A stretch of DNA of 64,000 nt from Welwitschia mirabilis (taxonomy: Eukaryota). Below the pieces are notes generated by a model. It was not told the origin of the DNA, did no database searches, and saw only the letters and a program-made list of their open reading frames with translations. Positions 27,901 through 40,853 of this stretch are shown here, piece by piece (position 1 is the stretch's first letter; every line of letters starts with the position of its first letter). The DNA lies in assembly GCA_051453625.1 (NCBI GenBank), contig JBOZIK010000001.1:31732087-31796086 (forward strand), given 5' to 3'. A program made the position numbers and the translations under genes.

Positions 27901-29408
27901 TATCTATTTTAGGAAGTTACCATATGACTCTTCTATCTACTTGTTACTGTACATTAATGACATATTGATCATTTGCAAAGAGAAATCTAAAATTAACAAG
28001 CTAAAATTTTTTTTGAGTGGTGAGTTTAAGATGAAAGATCTTGGTGGAGTTAAGAAGGTTCTTGCCATGTATATTACTAGAGATATATCTATAGGGAAGT
28101 TGTATATCAGTCAAAAGAGGTACACTAAAAAGATCCTTGATCGTTTTGCCTTGAAAGATGAAAAGCAAATTTTTACTCAACTTTTATCTTGCTTTAAAAT
28201 TTATATTACTTTATCATCATAAATAGTTAAGAAGGAGCAATGTATGGCTAGAGTACCCTACTCAGTGTAATTGGTAGCATCATGTGTGCTATGGTTTGCA
28301 GACATCCTAATATTTCACAAGCTGTTAGTATTGTAAGAAAGCACATGTCATGTCCTGGAAAAGCTTATTAGAAAGCAGTGAATCTGATCTTTAAATTCTT
28401 GTGTAGAACTTCTAATTTATGCTTAGAATTTAGAAGGATGACTAAAAACCTTATTGGTTTTTGTGATTATGATTTTACTACATATCTTAATCATAGAAGG
28501 CCTCTTACAGGATATGTGTTTTCATTTGGAGGAATAGCTATTAGATGAAAAGATACATTATAATCTATAACTACTTTATCAACTATTAAATAATAATACA
28601 TGTCATTAACTGAGATAATTAAGGAGGCTTTATGATAAACAAATTTACTATCAGAACTCAAGTCGAAGGACGAGACGACTTTAGTACATTATGCCAAAGT
28701 GCATTATATTTGACTAAAGATCAAATGTTTCATGAGAGAAAAAAGCACATTAGCATGTGATATAACTTCATTCATGATTTTATTGCTGAAGGTTGGATTT
28801 TAGTAAAGAAGACTGATATATCTAATAATTTAGCTGACATGTTGATCAAGCCTCTACTTGTGATCAAGTTCACATATTATTTGAACTTGGTTGGTCTTAT
28901 AGAATTTGAAAGATAAGCCCTTATGGGGATTTTGTGGAGAGATATGGAGTAGTTTTCTAAAGTTCCATGGAGAATTCAAGTTAAAATGGAGATTTGTTGA
29001 TGTTGTCTCGAATTCTTGAGTTAGACGCATTGATTTTATGGAAATCTTGGATGGCCCATTTCAGCCTAATGCAGTTTGTTAGCAGAGGTATAATGGAGTT
29101 AGTGGAGGACCTAGAGCCCTCCATAAACCTCCATTGGTATCAAGAAATAATGGTCATTTTGTTATTATGACTATATATATATTACCTTAGGTATTAAGAA
29201 ACTATCAATGTTTATTCTTTGGGAGCTATCGTTTTATTATTGTGGGGCTCTAAGTTTGTAGTCTCTTTATATAATAATATTAATTATTCTTCTCTCATTC
29301 ATGGACATAGGATGCATTAGCTAAATCACATATATTCATTCATCTTCATTCTCTTTAATTTTGTTATTATTTTTATTTTTAATCAAACTTTGCAAACATT
29401 TCTTAAAA
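24983..29408 (+). mobile_element. Ty1/copia Tork-like element lacking its own 5' LTR and PBS; degenerate gag-pol plus 3' LTR
   Basis: gag RSNIKKFN..NFIL (cf. KFDIEKFNG..NFSLW). Protease WILDSRC. GTIRIKMHDGVVRIL. Integrase [37 protein letters not shown]. RNase H HERKKHI. PPT AAATGGAGATT followed by 3' LTR 28995-29408. Confidence 0.9.
28995..29408 (+). repeat. 3' LTR of the Tork-like element
   Basis: Begins TGTTGA after the PPT, ends TTAAAA (decayed TCAACA) and is followed directly by CTGAG, which matches 24665-24669. Confidence 0.8.
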
Positions 29409-29413
29409 CTGAG

Positions 29414-29590
29414 TTTCATCGAAAGTTACTCAAGAGGATTTTAGACTCGTCGTAGATTGTGAAGATGATGGCTAAGAGCCCCACTTTTACTCATAAGTAG
29501 AGCATACTTATGTGCAGTATTTAGACATTATAGGTTATTAAAGATACTATGTGTACCATTTCCATCAATAACAATGTTACTTATGGTTAG
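29414..29590 (+). pseudogene. DRP4-like pseudogene, C-terminal GED remainder
   Basis: After the CTGAG TSD the frame resumes FHRKLLKRILDSS*IVKMMAKSPTFTHK*SILMCSI*TL*VIKDTMCTI, matching the DRP4 end LE.EIV.ELM..IERMLEESPSVA.KR..L..SI.LL..SK.VV.KI. Confidence 0.8.
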
Positions 29591-32339
29591 CTAGTGTCTT
29601 AGTGAGGGCCTTAGGATGGATTTGTATTAACTATTATTCAGAGTGTAGTTGTAGAAAGTAGAAACATATAAGATATACTAATGTTTATAAACTTTTTCCC
29701 ACTCTTTTAATATGAAAATGATATTACTTGAAAGAATGTTAATATCATGGTTTAAATATGGTTATTTTTATGAAAATGTTAGTTTATATGCGATATGCCA
29801 ATTCTTTTTATGAATGATTAATTTAGTGATTTCATTTACTTATGATCACTTAAAATACCATGACAAGTATCTTGCAATGTGAACTACCGCATTATGGGCA
29901 TTGAAAGCATTGTTATAAAAGTATGGTGTATTTTTCTTAGGAAAATGGGGCATTCAAAAGAATATGATAAACGTATAGCATATTTTTCCTAGGAGAATGG
30001 AGAAGGAAAATACTTTTTCAAAGAGCTTAATAAGTTTTTAAGGTTTTGAAAAGGACATGACATTAGAAAAAACTATAAGATCTAAAGCTAACCTTCAAGT
30101 GAAAATATGAAGTATAATAACTTGAGACGATCATTAATAAAATAAGAAGCTTTAGGAAAAAAATACGAAACTATTTGCTTAAAGATGCTATGTAGATAAT
30201 CTAGATGAAAAATGTTTTCTCACATATTTAAATAAAAGTAAGGCCTATTATAAGTAAAACATTAAATATAAAAAACTAGTGTCTAGTAGGAATGTTGTTT
30301 CTCATTAATGTAGTTTTTTTAATACCTAAATTAATGAAGATAATAAAAACATAGATTATGACTTTCCAATTGAAATATAAAGTAGCATATATTTCCCATG
30401 AAATAAAATCTAAAGAGGCAAGATGTAATGTTGAAAAAATGGAGAGAATACTTAATATAAAATTGTCGAATATCATACAATGTTAAATAATGTTTGAAAT
30501 TTTGCTTAAAGATGGGTTAATCAAAATTAATAATAAAGCCTATAACTAAAACAATAGTCTTCACTATCATAACTAAGTTATTAATAATACGATTTTTACA
30601 CTTTTGATGTATTATACCATGTTAAATAATCAAATATTTTAAATAATTAACTTATTTATTATAAAGTAATGATAGATTTCTATTTATAGATTTTAATAAC
30701 TCATAATATACTAATTAAAGATTATCTATAAGGTTACCATTACAACTATTTATGATTACTTTAGTTGTGTACAAGACATTCCACATCTAACTACAAAGGT
30801 TAAATTTGTAAGATGTCAGTTCTTGTAAATATACTAATTCAAGGAAATGAGAAAGATGCAAATGTTTCATTAGTATCAAGTAATTTATAAATATAAAGCT
30901 CAAAAGTTGCTATCAATTTACATCATTTAGCTTAGGTTATTTTTTAAAAGATAAGTAAATAAAGTGGACTTAATTAAGATAGAGGCCTCATTATTCTAAA
31001 TTGTCTTTTGTCTTAAGAATTTATGATCTTCACTTATTTATGTTTAGGATTAGCTCTAATGAAAAACATTTTAGAGTAATACAAAAATACTTCACATAAA
31101 TGTTACATTTGAAACCATTTAGAAAGGAGGAAAGCTAATATAGAAATTTAATCATATTGTTGAGGTTAGAATTATGAAGAAGACATATCCTGTATTATTT
31201 CTGTTTTCTTCATTATTATTTTTGTGTTTAATTTGCTTATTGTTTTAACCGAGTTAGAAAAAGTTTCCTTTTAGCAATTCCAACTTACTTCATAGAGTTG
31301 CATCATGAAGGTTCTTAGTGTGCATTAAGCTACTAAATAATAAGGTTATCTTCATGTATTAAAAATACTAGCCATGTCATTATAGGATCTATTATTAAAA
31401 GGTTAAAAAAGCAAAAACCATACAAAGATGCTAACTAGTTTTCTAAAGATATTAACAATAATAATAAGTGAAGAGTAATGCCATGTCATTATAAGAAAAG
31501 ATCTTTTAATAAATATATTGAAAAGCTGAATGTTTAGCAAACTAGAAATATGACATAGAATATAAAATTTTAATGATTTCACTCATAGAATATCAAATTT
31601 TAATGATCTTAGCTAGGGAAGTTAATCAAAAGAATGTTCAGTTTCTTAATTTAGAGAGGTTGTTATAAGCATATTGAAGAATAATAAATTGTAATTCTAA
31701 AATCATGTTAATAAAGATATATAATGAGACTCTCACTACATTTACTATGTATATGATAGGATAATTTTCATGTAGCAATGTATATTGGATTACATAGAGG
31801 AGATTATAATAAGAAGGATTACTCATAGCAACAATTTGAATATGCATATAATGACCAGTAATATGATCAAGTTTTAATTCTTCTAAGTTGACTTTCAACC
31901 TTATAGTCCATCTACATGATATTATTAATTGTCTAATTCTTCACAAAATCCTTTTTTAATAATAGATNNNNNNNNNNNNNNNNNNNNNNNNNNNNNNNNN
32001 NNNNNNNNNNNNNNNNNNNNNNNNNNNNNNNNNNNNNNNNNNNNNNNNNNNNNNNNNNNNNNNNNNNCCTTATAGTCCATCTACATGATATTATTAATTA
32101 TCTAATTCTTCACAAAATCCTTTTTTGATAATAGATTAATTCATGTAATAAAAGTGTATAGTAATCAATAACAAAAATTTAAAACAATACATTTCTTCTT
32201 TCTCTTTTTTACCCTAATTTTTAAAAATAGGATTCATGCAACTACATAAGTAATATTGCATAATGTATTTTATTATAGAGTCTAAAATGAAATTAATGCT
32301 TTTTTTAATTTCATAATATCAAATTCATCATAATATATT

Positions 32340-32604
32340 TGGTAAAACATTAACTTGAAGGATACGGGTGATGCCTAGTTCTTTATATGATCTAATTACA
32401 ACTAAGGCCTTATAGTATCTCTATTAAGGCTTTTACACACCATGGTTTCATGCCTACGGATACATGAAAACCCTAGTGATGTGCTTACCTTTATAAAGAA
32501 AGCTCTTCATGAAATAATAAGAGGAAGAAAAATAAAATTTAGTTTTTAAGAAATCTTGTGTCTTGATCTTGGTACACTTATTTCTCAACAAGTGGTATTA
32601 AAGT
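32340..32604 (+). mobile_element. Probable LTR 3' end plus iMet-type PBS of an unidentified LTR element
   Basis: TCTCAACA-ag-TGGTATTAAAGT at 32583-32604. No recognisable coding region follows before the Athila-like LTR at about 33425. Confidence 0.45.
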
Positions 32605-35449
32605 TATGTTTTCCTCCTTGGCTTGGCCCTAATAACTAAATTTTCACTTTAAAATGGCTATTTTTAATCCTTTTTTTAAAATGTTATTAATTTTTCATAG
32701 TTTTTTAAACTAATGGTTATGATTTTAAATAATATATCCTTCCTTTTAAAATGTTTTTAATGTTTGATTTTTTTTCTTATTGTTTTGGCAAAAGAAGGGC
32801 CTCGGGTCTGCCTACATGCTCACTACTACTTTGTGTTGTTTGGCTTATGTGTTTTTGAACTTGCACTTCCATTACATCCTTATGTCTTTCTGCTTTTCAC
32901 TCATCAATCCATTACTTGTAGTGCTCCTACAACTTGCTTGCTACCCCATCATCACTCTACTCTACATCTAGTTCCACCTACATTATGTTTATCCATAGTG
33001 TTTTTTCCTGTGTACTTTCTCTCCTAACTTTGATCTTCTTATGCTTTATGCATTGGACTCATGCTTTGCTGACCTCTTGTTACACTTGTGTTTACTAGTT
33101 GCTAACTAGTACTATGATAGAGGAGTTCCTCCACCTCCTGCATTATCCATCATTTGTGTTTACTCTTTTTATCAAATAAGTTCTTACATCTTTATAGTCT
33201 CTTATCAAGCTATAGTTTTGTTTGATCTTCACCTAGACTTGTAACTACCTCATATGCTTATCAAACATAGCTATCTTGTATTTTTAGCTATAGGTTCAAT
33301 GACACCATGTCATCCATACCCATTCTACCTTTACATAGGCATGCTTATCTGCCATCCAACTTTCTGCTATTAGTCACTTTCCTACACTAGCTGCCCACTA
33401 TTGCCCTTGTTGTCAATTCTTCCTTTTTGTGATGCATATTTGTATAAATATTATGTTTTCAAACAAATCCTATAAATCACAAATATATATATTACATAAC
33501 ACAACACACTAATATAGATGGAAGTGACCTAAATATCATTATTCCATTGAAGGCATAGACAAGAAGAAAGAGAATTGATTTAAAAAGAAAACACTTATGT
33601 AATCTTAAAGTAGAACAAACTAATAATGTAAAATAAAAATGTAAATAAATACATTATACAAATGAGATGAAATTTCTATTCTAAATACAACTTCTATCCA
33701 ATTATCAAATCCACTTATTAGGAAGATTAGTCTTGTATCATCTAGATCAATCAATAAAGATCATCACTAGACCAAAATTAACCTAACCTATCAAATACTT
33801 TGAATAGAATGTAAAATCAATGTAAAGTTAATCTAGAAAATGAAATGAAAATTACTTAAACTAATAATATCAATCTTAACAAAGATTTCCCTTATGATCT
33901 ATATCACTAATGAATCTATCATGAAATCAGAAATAATTTAAACCATAAGGGAGATGCACATAAAAAAAATATAAAAAGAAAAACAGAGTTTTGATTAGAG
34001 TAAACTAAACATTTGTGTTGCAAAGTAGTAACACCTCAATGAAGGATACATAGCATAATACCAAAGAAGATGTTTCTCTATAATAATAATGGATGAACCT
34101 CCTTTTCTTTGATCTCCTGTCATAAGAATTTCTAGTATTAAAGAAGATGAAAATAAAGTTATGGATAAAGAAAGTATTTATTACAAAATATATTCTAATA
34201 TTAGCAAATACTAATAGATGCGCTAATAACCTTCATAGCCATGCAAGAAGATGCAAGCCTCATAGCTAGAGTTTGGTGAAGTTTGGTAAAGCTTTATTTT
34301 TAGGGGTTATCCTTCCAGTCATCTAGATATTACATGTGCCAATACCACATTATATGAATTCCACATTAGGTGCCAGATTAATCTAGTAAGCATCCTCCTC
34401 AACTTAATTAATTTTGTCCTTCATATAGTTGTCCAAATATTAGGTGGACAATGGATTATTGTAAAGTATTTCATCTTTTGCATTAGCATCTTTGATTTCA
34501 AGATTATTGCATTTGATAGGATGCATTTAATAGGGAGTATTATAAATTTCTTCAAATGCTATCAAATGTAATGAAGATTGCATGTTTTCATGACATTTGC
34601 CTTAGTTCTCCATTATTGTCGAAACTTAGCATAAAACTATCTAATTTCTTGCAAAACTACTTAAAATACTCTATCAAATATATATAATTTGGTAGTATAA
34701 TATAATCTTCCACTTAGTCTTATCAGTCCTTGATAAAACTAGGTGAACAACTATAATTGTGAGCCAAATTATCTAACAATAAAACAACGGAGGAACTATG
34801 AAATAAACTCAAAAAGAATTTCAAAAATATTAGAAATGTAGAACATAACTATAAAAAATAGATAACTAAACATTTTAGCTATGTAGTACAAGTGGTCATA
34901 CTATCATTTTAGTATTCATTTGGACAATGGAGGGGAAGACAGGATGAAAAATTGATCTTAAATAATAGAAGCCTATGAAATTTTTTTAAAAAGATAAACA
35001 TTAAATGTACTAATAATTAATATATCCTCACTAAAATGTAAAACAAGTAAAAAAAATAATTGTGTATAACATAAATAATCCTCATCATGAAGTGTCAAAA
35101 TTAATATGTAAAAATATGCATAATATTTAACAATAAAATGTACACCATGATAATACTAAAAAAGGATATGTTATATATAAATCATGAGTTTTATTTAGTT
35201 ATAGTAAATTCTTGATGTGTAGTAGGCTCAAGTGTAGGTGAAAAAGAGGGAGGATACTTAGGATCTACAAGGAAATGATGGTATAATGATGTCATAATGG
35301 TCTAATCTATCTTATTTCCTTGCACAGTAACTGTCTCTGAGAGGTCTATCATTACACCATGCTTTATCTATAAGATGCGTTGTCACAAATCAACTAGCTA
35401 CTCCTTAGTTTGTGGTACTCTTCTCTTAATCATCATAATCCTCTACTCA

Positions 35450-36400
35450 AGTATAGGGATGATTCCATCTAATACTTTTCTAATAGTTTGTGTGGTCTCT
35501 ACCAAAAAAACTTGAATCTACTTTAATGTACTAATGATCACAGTTCTCTATACCTAAGGTTTCTCTACCTTTCCTTATATCTAAATATTCATATCCTATA
35601 GGTAATGGGCTAAAGTATAGATATATGTAAATTTTTACTTATCCACTGGCTCAGGTATGCTAAAGCATTTGAACATAATAAAGAAACTACACAGATATCC
35701 TAGAGTCTAAATCTTTCATGCTGCTATTATGGTCCTAAGTCTCCTTCAGATGAAAGTTAGTAAATTCATCTGCTTCCCCTAGCTAAATACTGCTAATATT
35801 TAGAGATGTTCCCTTACTGCATGACTGCCATGGAATAATGAATTGATGTTATGAATCATTCCTTTATGTAGGATTCGCTAGACAGGTGAAAACTATATAA
35901 CTAAAACTCCCTCCTATCTATAATGAAATCAAATGGAATGTCAAATGCTGTGTCATAAGCATGATGCTCCTCTATCCTACCAGTTGAATAAATATGAGTA
36001 CCTTCAATACCATTTAGATCCATTACTATAATAATATGGGTTGGGAAAATAGTGATTTCATAACATTGAATGGTAGCTACAACCATGTTGACAAGCTAAT
36101 CATAAGCATCAGGACACTGCTATACATGAATCATGTCATAGAAATCCTTGGTCTATGCTATATAGTATACCCTCTATGCATCTAAAATCTACTAGAGATA
36201 TAGATCTGTAAGTCTCTAATCACCTCTAGCTCCAATCATCTCATAAAATCCTTAAGATGTCACTCAACATGATTAGCATCTATTTGATTTATGAGAGATC
36301 TAATATGATGAGGTGAAGGGTGGACCGACTCTGTTCAATCAACCTATGGTGGTGTTAATGGACCTACCTCATAGTCAATAGTTTTAGCCTCTACCTTGGC
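35450..36400 (-). pseudogene. Degenerate extra ORF of the Athila-like element (env-like / putative plant transposon protein type)
   Basis: RVYYIA*TKDFYDMI..VATIQCYEITIFPTHIIIVMDL..RILHKGMIHNINSL..GKQMNLLTFI..LGYLCSFFIMFKCFSIP follows the vYp.lvreFY..I.itp..I..RiLh..hNi.P..G..inl..I..LpY pattern. It lies between integrase and the PPT. Confidence 0.6.
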
Positions 36401-38220
36401 TTGTCTAGCTCTATCTAATCAGTTATAAACATGAAACATATCATGTAAGATCAAGTGTGGATAAATAAAATGTATTGCGTGGATACTTGAAATGGTCTCA
36501 TAAATTGGTTTTTAATGCAAAAAATCATCAAATATGTCCTATCCCCTTTTAAGAGTGTTAATATGTCTAGTATTACCTAATAATATAAAGAAAAATATGA
36601 AACATATGAAAGAATTGAAAAGTGTAAATTAGGAGGTGCCCATATAAGGTGAAAAATGAAAGTGCTCAAATGAAAAATCTAATCCACTAGAATCATAAAG
36701 TGCATCATACTAATAAATGTTTTTAAAAGGACCACTATGTTTTGACTTATGGTTTATGAGAGCTTTAAAGATAAAAACCTAATTCTAGTTTGTAAAGTAT
36801 ACAATTCATTATATCTTGTAAATACATGTTGAAAATCAGATCCATAAGTTTCAAATCAAAGAGCATGAAAATTTGAATAAGATATGCAGAAACTATGCAC
36901 TAAAAAACTCAAAAATAGAGAAAAAATTAAAAATAATTAGGAAGAGAAAAACATACCTCATTTTTTAAAATATACTAAAATCTCATAATCTGAGGCATGA
37001 ATCTGACTAGGAAAAGTTCCAAAATCTTGGTAGGAACCAACGGTACTATTATCTCTCAAGAAAATGAATGAAAACAATAGATAATAGAAAAAAAAGAAGA
37101 AATAGAAGTGATCATTTAGTTGCATTGGCCAAGCAATACCCCAAAGATGACTATCAAAAAAAATCTCAGTGTCATCCTGCAGTATCATTTAGATGATCAA
37201 GTAAACAATAGGACTTAAATTTTTTTTATAAAAGTGAAGATATTAGCTGAACGCATTAGGCTTAGATATCAAGGTAAATATTTTAGAATGTATTAAAAGA
37301 CTTACAAAATAGGAAATCATGAAGAGTCATGATGAACGAGGACGGTGCGAAAAACATAAAAAGAATCAAATAATAAGAATGTACTAAGTAGATTGAAATC
37401 TATCAAAGAAAACTAAATAAATGTGTCCAAACTAAAAAATAATCCTAAAAGTATATAGAAATTTAAAAGAGTCAAAGAAATCTCATAAAAATCATGAAGA
37501 ATAATAGAATATCATCAAATTAACATGCTAAAAGAAAATGAACTTGGGAATGATAAAAAATGACATGAATAGTAATAAGAAAACTAGTGAATGAGTAGTC
37601 TTAAATGATGATGAAAAAGTATGAAATAATTTTGAAATGATAAATTAAAGAACCAAAGAAAAGAAGAGTGGAAATGAAGATGAAAAACATAAAGAAGATA
37701 GCTTATCTACCCTAAATTCTAACCAACCAAACCCCATTAGAAGAAATCATAAAGCCACTTCAGTAAAAATGCATAATAAAATGTATTGAATTATAAAGTT
37801 TTACTCAAAAAGCTAGTGATTATTATGACACCAAAGATCAAGTTCTTAGAAAAATAAATGATAAGATCAAAATTTGATCAGAAATGAACTCACCTACTCA
37901 CACCTTAAAACACATCCAAATCACTAAAAGTGGAATGATCATATGGAAATACTAAGAGTATAAGAAACAAGAAGTTCTTTTAATAACACTAAGAACACCA
38001 CTAATTCCATAGCCTTAAAGTTTTATTACTACTTTTCATGATTAGGGAGATGTATCTATACTTAGAGAAGTAAAGACTCATAAAGCATGATCAATTAACT
38101 CTCCAATAGAATTCCCATAACTACCAATACTGTCAAAGCTTCCTTTCAGAAAAATTTACTCCAATATGATAGGACATTATGGTGACTATGTATTTTAGTA
38201 TAAATACAATAGATCATAGT

Positions 38221-38226
38221 CATTAC

Positions 38227-38272
<46 letters not shown>
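38221..38272. repeat. (TAT)n microsatellite
   Basis: Run of tattattatt... Confidence 0.95.
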
Positions 38273-38273
<1 letters not shown>

Positions 38274-40853
38274 ATAATATAATTCCTACATCATCACACA
38301 CTCAAAAAGACAAAGGTGAACAAGTGAGATGACAGATAGAAAAAAATAAGCCTAAATAGTTAAAGATCTCATACCATTAAAAAAAATCATAAAAATCAAG
38401 GCATCATTCTTCAAAGTAAAATTAATGGACATGTGGATATTTGAAAACTAGGTAAATCCAATATTATCACTAAAAAATACCTAAATAAAATACCAGTTAT
38501 GGAAACTTCATAAAGTNNNNNNNNNNNNNNNNNNNNNNNNNNNNNNNNNNNNNNNNNNNNNNNNNNNNNNNNNNNNNNNNNNNNNNNNNNNNNNNNNNNN
38601 NNNNNNNNNNNNNNNNNNNNNNNNNNNNNNNACCTCTAAAACAATTACTTCTATTATGCTCAAGGTTGTATCAAAAGGTTTTTCATATATTTTTAACATT
38701 TATCTATTAACTTTCTAAATCTTCTTAGTGTCAGAGTTAGAATTATTAACAAAGCTATTAGAATGTACTTTATCTACAAGATAAGGATGTAACCATTTAA
38801 AGGTTAACTTGTTATATAAATGATGTGCTCTAGTATTATGTAAATGGACAAGTTGATTAGATTTAAACATTTTATAAAGTAACTTTCTATCATGTTTTAA
38901 ACTTAGGTTGGGCTTTACAAACGAGTTAAGGATGTATAGCATGAGTATGTTTTTCATCTAAATGGTTACGTTTGGCTAATCTATTTTTAAGATTTTCATA
39001 AAGGTCTATAGAATTAAGTTAATGAAAAGAACAATTAAAGTTATAACATAACTCAATAGGTAAAATATAAAATTTTTTGTATACAAGTTCATAAGATGAA
39101 AAACCAAGATAATTATGCCAAGTAATATGATAAGTCCAAAGAATATCATTAAGTTTAGAAGCTAAAGATTTCTTATCAATAAAAACAATCTTTCATAGCA
39201 TTTTATTTATTTTTCTATTTGCATTTTAGACTTAACCATTAGTTTGTGGATGATAAGCATAAGCTCTTTTATGTCCAAGTCTAATGGATAAAAGGAGTTT
39301 CTTAAAAATTTAATTAACAAAATGAGTTTTTAAGTCATTAATGATAATCCTAGAAAAACTAAAACATTGAAAAGTACAAATTCTAACAAAATAATAAATA
39401 GTTTGGACATTATTCGTAAAAGTAGGAACAACTTTAATTCATTTAATAACATAATAAAAAGCCATTAAAATATAGTTCTTATTATTAGAAGGTGGTTTAA
39501 TAAACATATAAAATAAATTTCCTAATAATTAAAAGGTTTAAATTCAAGAATAGATTTAAGAAGCATCACATAAGAATGAATAAGGTACCATAACATTGAT
39601 AAGCATCATACCTTTTAGCAAAATTAAAAGAGTCCTAAAAAAGGCTAGGCTAATAAAAACTAGAGTGAAAAATTTTAATAACTAATTTTTTTACACCAAA
39701 ATAATCTTTATAGACACCACCATAGCAAAGATGAAGGATGTCTGACTTTCCCTATTAGGCACATTTTTTCTCATGATTTTGTCTTTACACCTATGGTAAA
39801 GATGTAGTTATACCTATTTATAATTATCTATTCTATTGAGCAAGGATTTTATTTGATTATGAGTCGATGTTGTAATATTTTTTGTGATACTAAGATAATT
39901 AACTATGTTAGCATACTAAGGAAGAGGATGAGTAGAAGATATAGCAAAAACTTATTCATTCAAAAAAGAATTATCAATCATAAGATCATCAAGAGAATAA
40001 GAAATACATGACAAATGATATGCTACAGTATTATGTTTTCATACTTTATCAATGATAGTTAAATTAAACTATTACATGAGAAGGGTCCATCTAATGAGTC
40101 TATCACTAAAATCTTTCTTAGTCATTAGGTATTTAATAGCTGCATGATTAGTATAAATATTCGTATCAAAACCTAAAAGATAATTTCTAAGCATATCAAG
40201 GCAAAAGAGTATTACTAACATTTATTTCTCAGTAGTAGTATAATTCATTTAAGCTTTAGACAAAGTTTTGCTATAATAAGATATAAAATTTAAAATCATT
40301 TTCATATTTTTGTCTAAGAATCCTCCCCCACACGCATCCCTCTCCCACTTCCTAGTAATATTACTAGCATCACATATTAATTAAAAATATTTTCTATTGG
40401 TACCATTACAATATGTGTGGAAGATATTTAATCTTTAAGATATTCAAAAGTAAGCTAATAAGATTCATCCCATTTAAATTTAGCTTCTTTTTCTAGTAAT
40501 GAGTAAAAGGGTTTAAAATTTTAGCATAATTCTAAATAAAACGATAATAAAAGCCATAACAATAAAGAAAATATTAAACTTATTTTACATTTTTTAGAGG
40601 AGTTAGGTTTTTAATGACACTTACTTTTCAGGATTCATTGTAATTCTTTCACTAGAAATGTGGTAACCTAAGGTAATTCCACTATCAACTAAAAAGAAAC
40701 TCTTCTGCCAACTTAAATGTAGTCCACTATTAATTCATCTATTAAGAACTTTTTCTAGGCTTTCTAGGACTTGTTTAAAGTTCTTACTATATATTGAGAT
40801 GTCATCAATAAAAATTTCAATTAAATCTTCTAACATAGAGAAAAAATACCCAT

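Larger units (their letters stand above)
33425..40853 (-). mobile_element. Athila-like Ty3/gypsy element, 3' half: RT part, RNase H, integrase, extra ORF, PPT and 3' LTR (about 33425-34702); cut in RT by a nested element
   Basis: RT IEIFIDD at 40801-40821. RNase H NYTTTEK, YTNHAAIKYL..RLIRWTLL. Integrase AYHPQTNG*V*NANR. PPT region AAGACTAAGTGGAAGATTA (minus, 34703-34721) matches the PPT region at 61858-61876. The LTR is homologous to 40854-42130. Confidence 0.88.

Noticed and set aside
32764-33027. Short hydrophobic ORFs resembling small membrane proteins (also 43939-44169 and 60942-61184)
   Set aside because: They come from T-rich noncoding TE sequence and show no recognisable motifs.
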